A DNA stretch of 64,000 bases from Octopus sinensis (Eukaryota): positions 34,286,001 through 34,350,000 of the forward strand of contig NC_043000.1 in NCBI RefSeq assembly GCF_006345805.1, given 5' to 3'. The notes beneath the pieces are model-generated. The model did not search any database and was not told the origin of the DNA. It saw only the letters and a list, made by a program, of their open reading frames with translations. A program made the position numbers and the translations under genes. Every line of letters starts with the position of its first letter. Position 1 is the stretch's first letter. This document shows positions 62,994 through 64,000 of the stretch, piece after piece.

Positions 62994-64000
62994 TGTATGT
63001 ATGTATGTATGTATGTATGATGTATGTATGTATGTATGTATGCATAGGATGTGTGTATGTGTATGTGCGGAGGTACGTATGTATATATGTACATGTTTAT
63101 ACGCGTGCGAGTGTGTATCTGTATGTATGAGTGCGAGTGCATCTATGAATGCGCATCAACTGAAATACTCAGGAAGTTTCACTGTTAACAATGCAGCGCA
63201 ATTTAAACCCACAACGTTTTGTAACAAGGTGTGAGGGGCGTGTGCATCAGAAGGACAATAGAAAAAGAAATATAAAGGACAGTGACTGTCTAGTGGCGGT
63301 AGTAGTAATAGTAGTAGTAACGTATAAGGTCAACGAGTGTGAATAAAGTTCACGGTGAGGTGAAAGAGAAACGAAAGCTTGTATTGTTGTTGTTATTCTT
63401 TCTTGAGCCGCCGCCGTCTCCACCGCTGCAGCTGTTGTTGTTTTTCTTGTAATTCTTAAGTATCAATGTTTAGTTATTGCTGCTTCCAGAAGCGTTTTTG
63501 TTTTTCGCTTTTATCCCCTCACCAAATTCCGACCAATCAGATTTTCCAAAAATTCGTTCCCCACCCCATTTCATGCACATCTGTTTCTATAAAGTTATCT
63601 GTTTTTGCCTCCTTTTCTCCTCGTTTGCTTTAACTGCTCGTTCCCCCACCACCCCGTTATCACCCCAACCCATATGAAAATTATTGCATTTTTGTTTTTA
63701 TCTATTTATTTCTTGCCACCCGCTTGTAACCGGTGAGCAGAAGGACTTGTCTGCTGTTCATTTGTGCAACCCATCTCAGTGGCGAGTACCTCTTCCCATT
63801 CTTTCACGTGACGAGACAGTTCTAGTGAATCGCAATTACAGAATGTTAAGCTGTGATGATGGTCAACAGATGAGTAATCAAAGTAATGGAGTGATTTAAG
63901 CTACAACTCTATATGTGTGGCGACATAAGAGGAACTTAGTCTGGCTGGTTTACAGGAAAGCATTCGATTCTATTCCCCAGTCGTGGATGCTAGAAGCCCT

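Overview
Repeat-saturated, AT-rich eukaryotic DNA with no recognisable host gene. The SINE families and the very high density of (TA)n/(CA)n/(TATC)n/trinucleotide microsatellites resemble an octopus-type (coleoid cephalopod) genome; that assignment is recalled, not proven. Most ORFs in the supplied track are microsatellite artefacts. The main feature is a ~7.1 kb, GC-rich, apparently young Penelope-like retroelement (PLE; RT + Cys-linker + GIY-YIG, Neptune-like) on the minus strand at ~20158-27257. It has ~820 bp direct pseudo-LTRs that each carry a minimal hammerhead-like motif, and a long CA-rich 3' region. Around it lie hammerhead-bearing PLE 3' ends and short non-autonomous PLE-like elements, several fold-back palindromes next to TA tracts, decayed RLE-type, RTE, Tx1 and CR1-like LINE fragments, mariner and Tigger/pogo fossils, MITEs, non-autonomous Helitrons and at least four tRNA-derived SINE families. 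All coordinates were read by eye; degenerate-element boundaries are approximate. No alignment, folding or database search was run.
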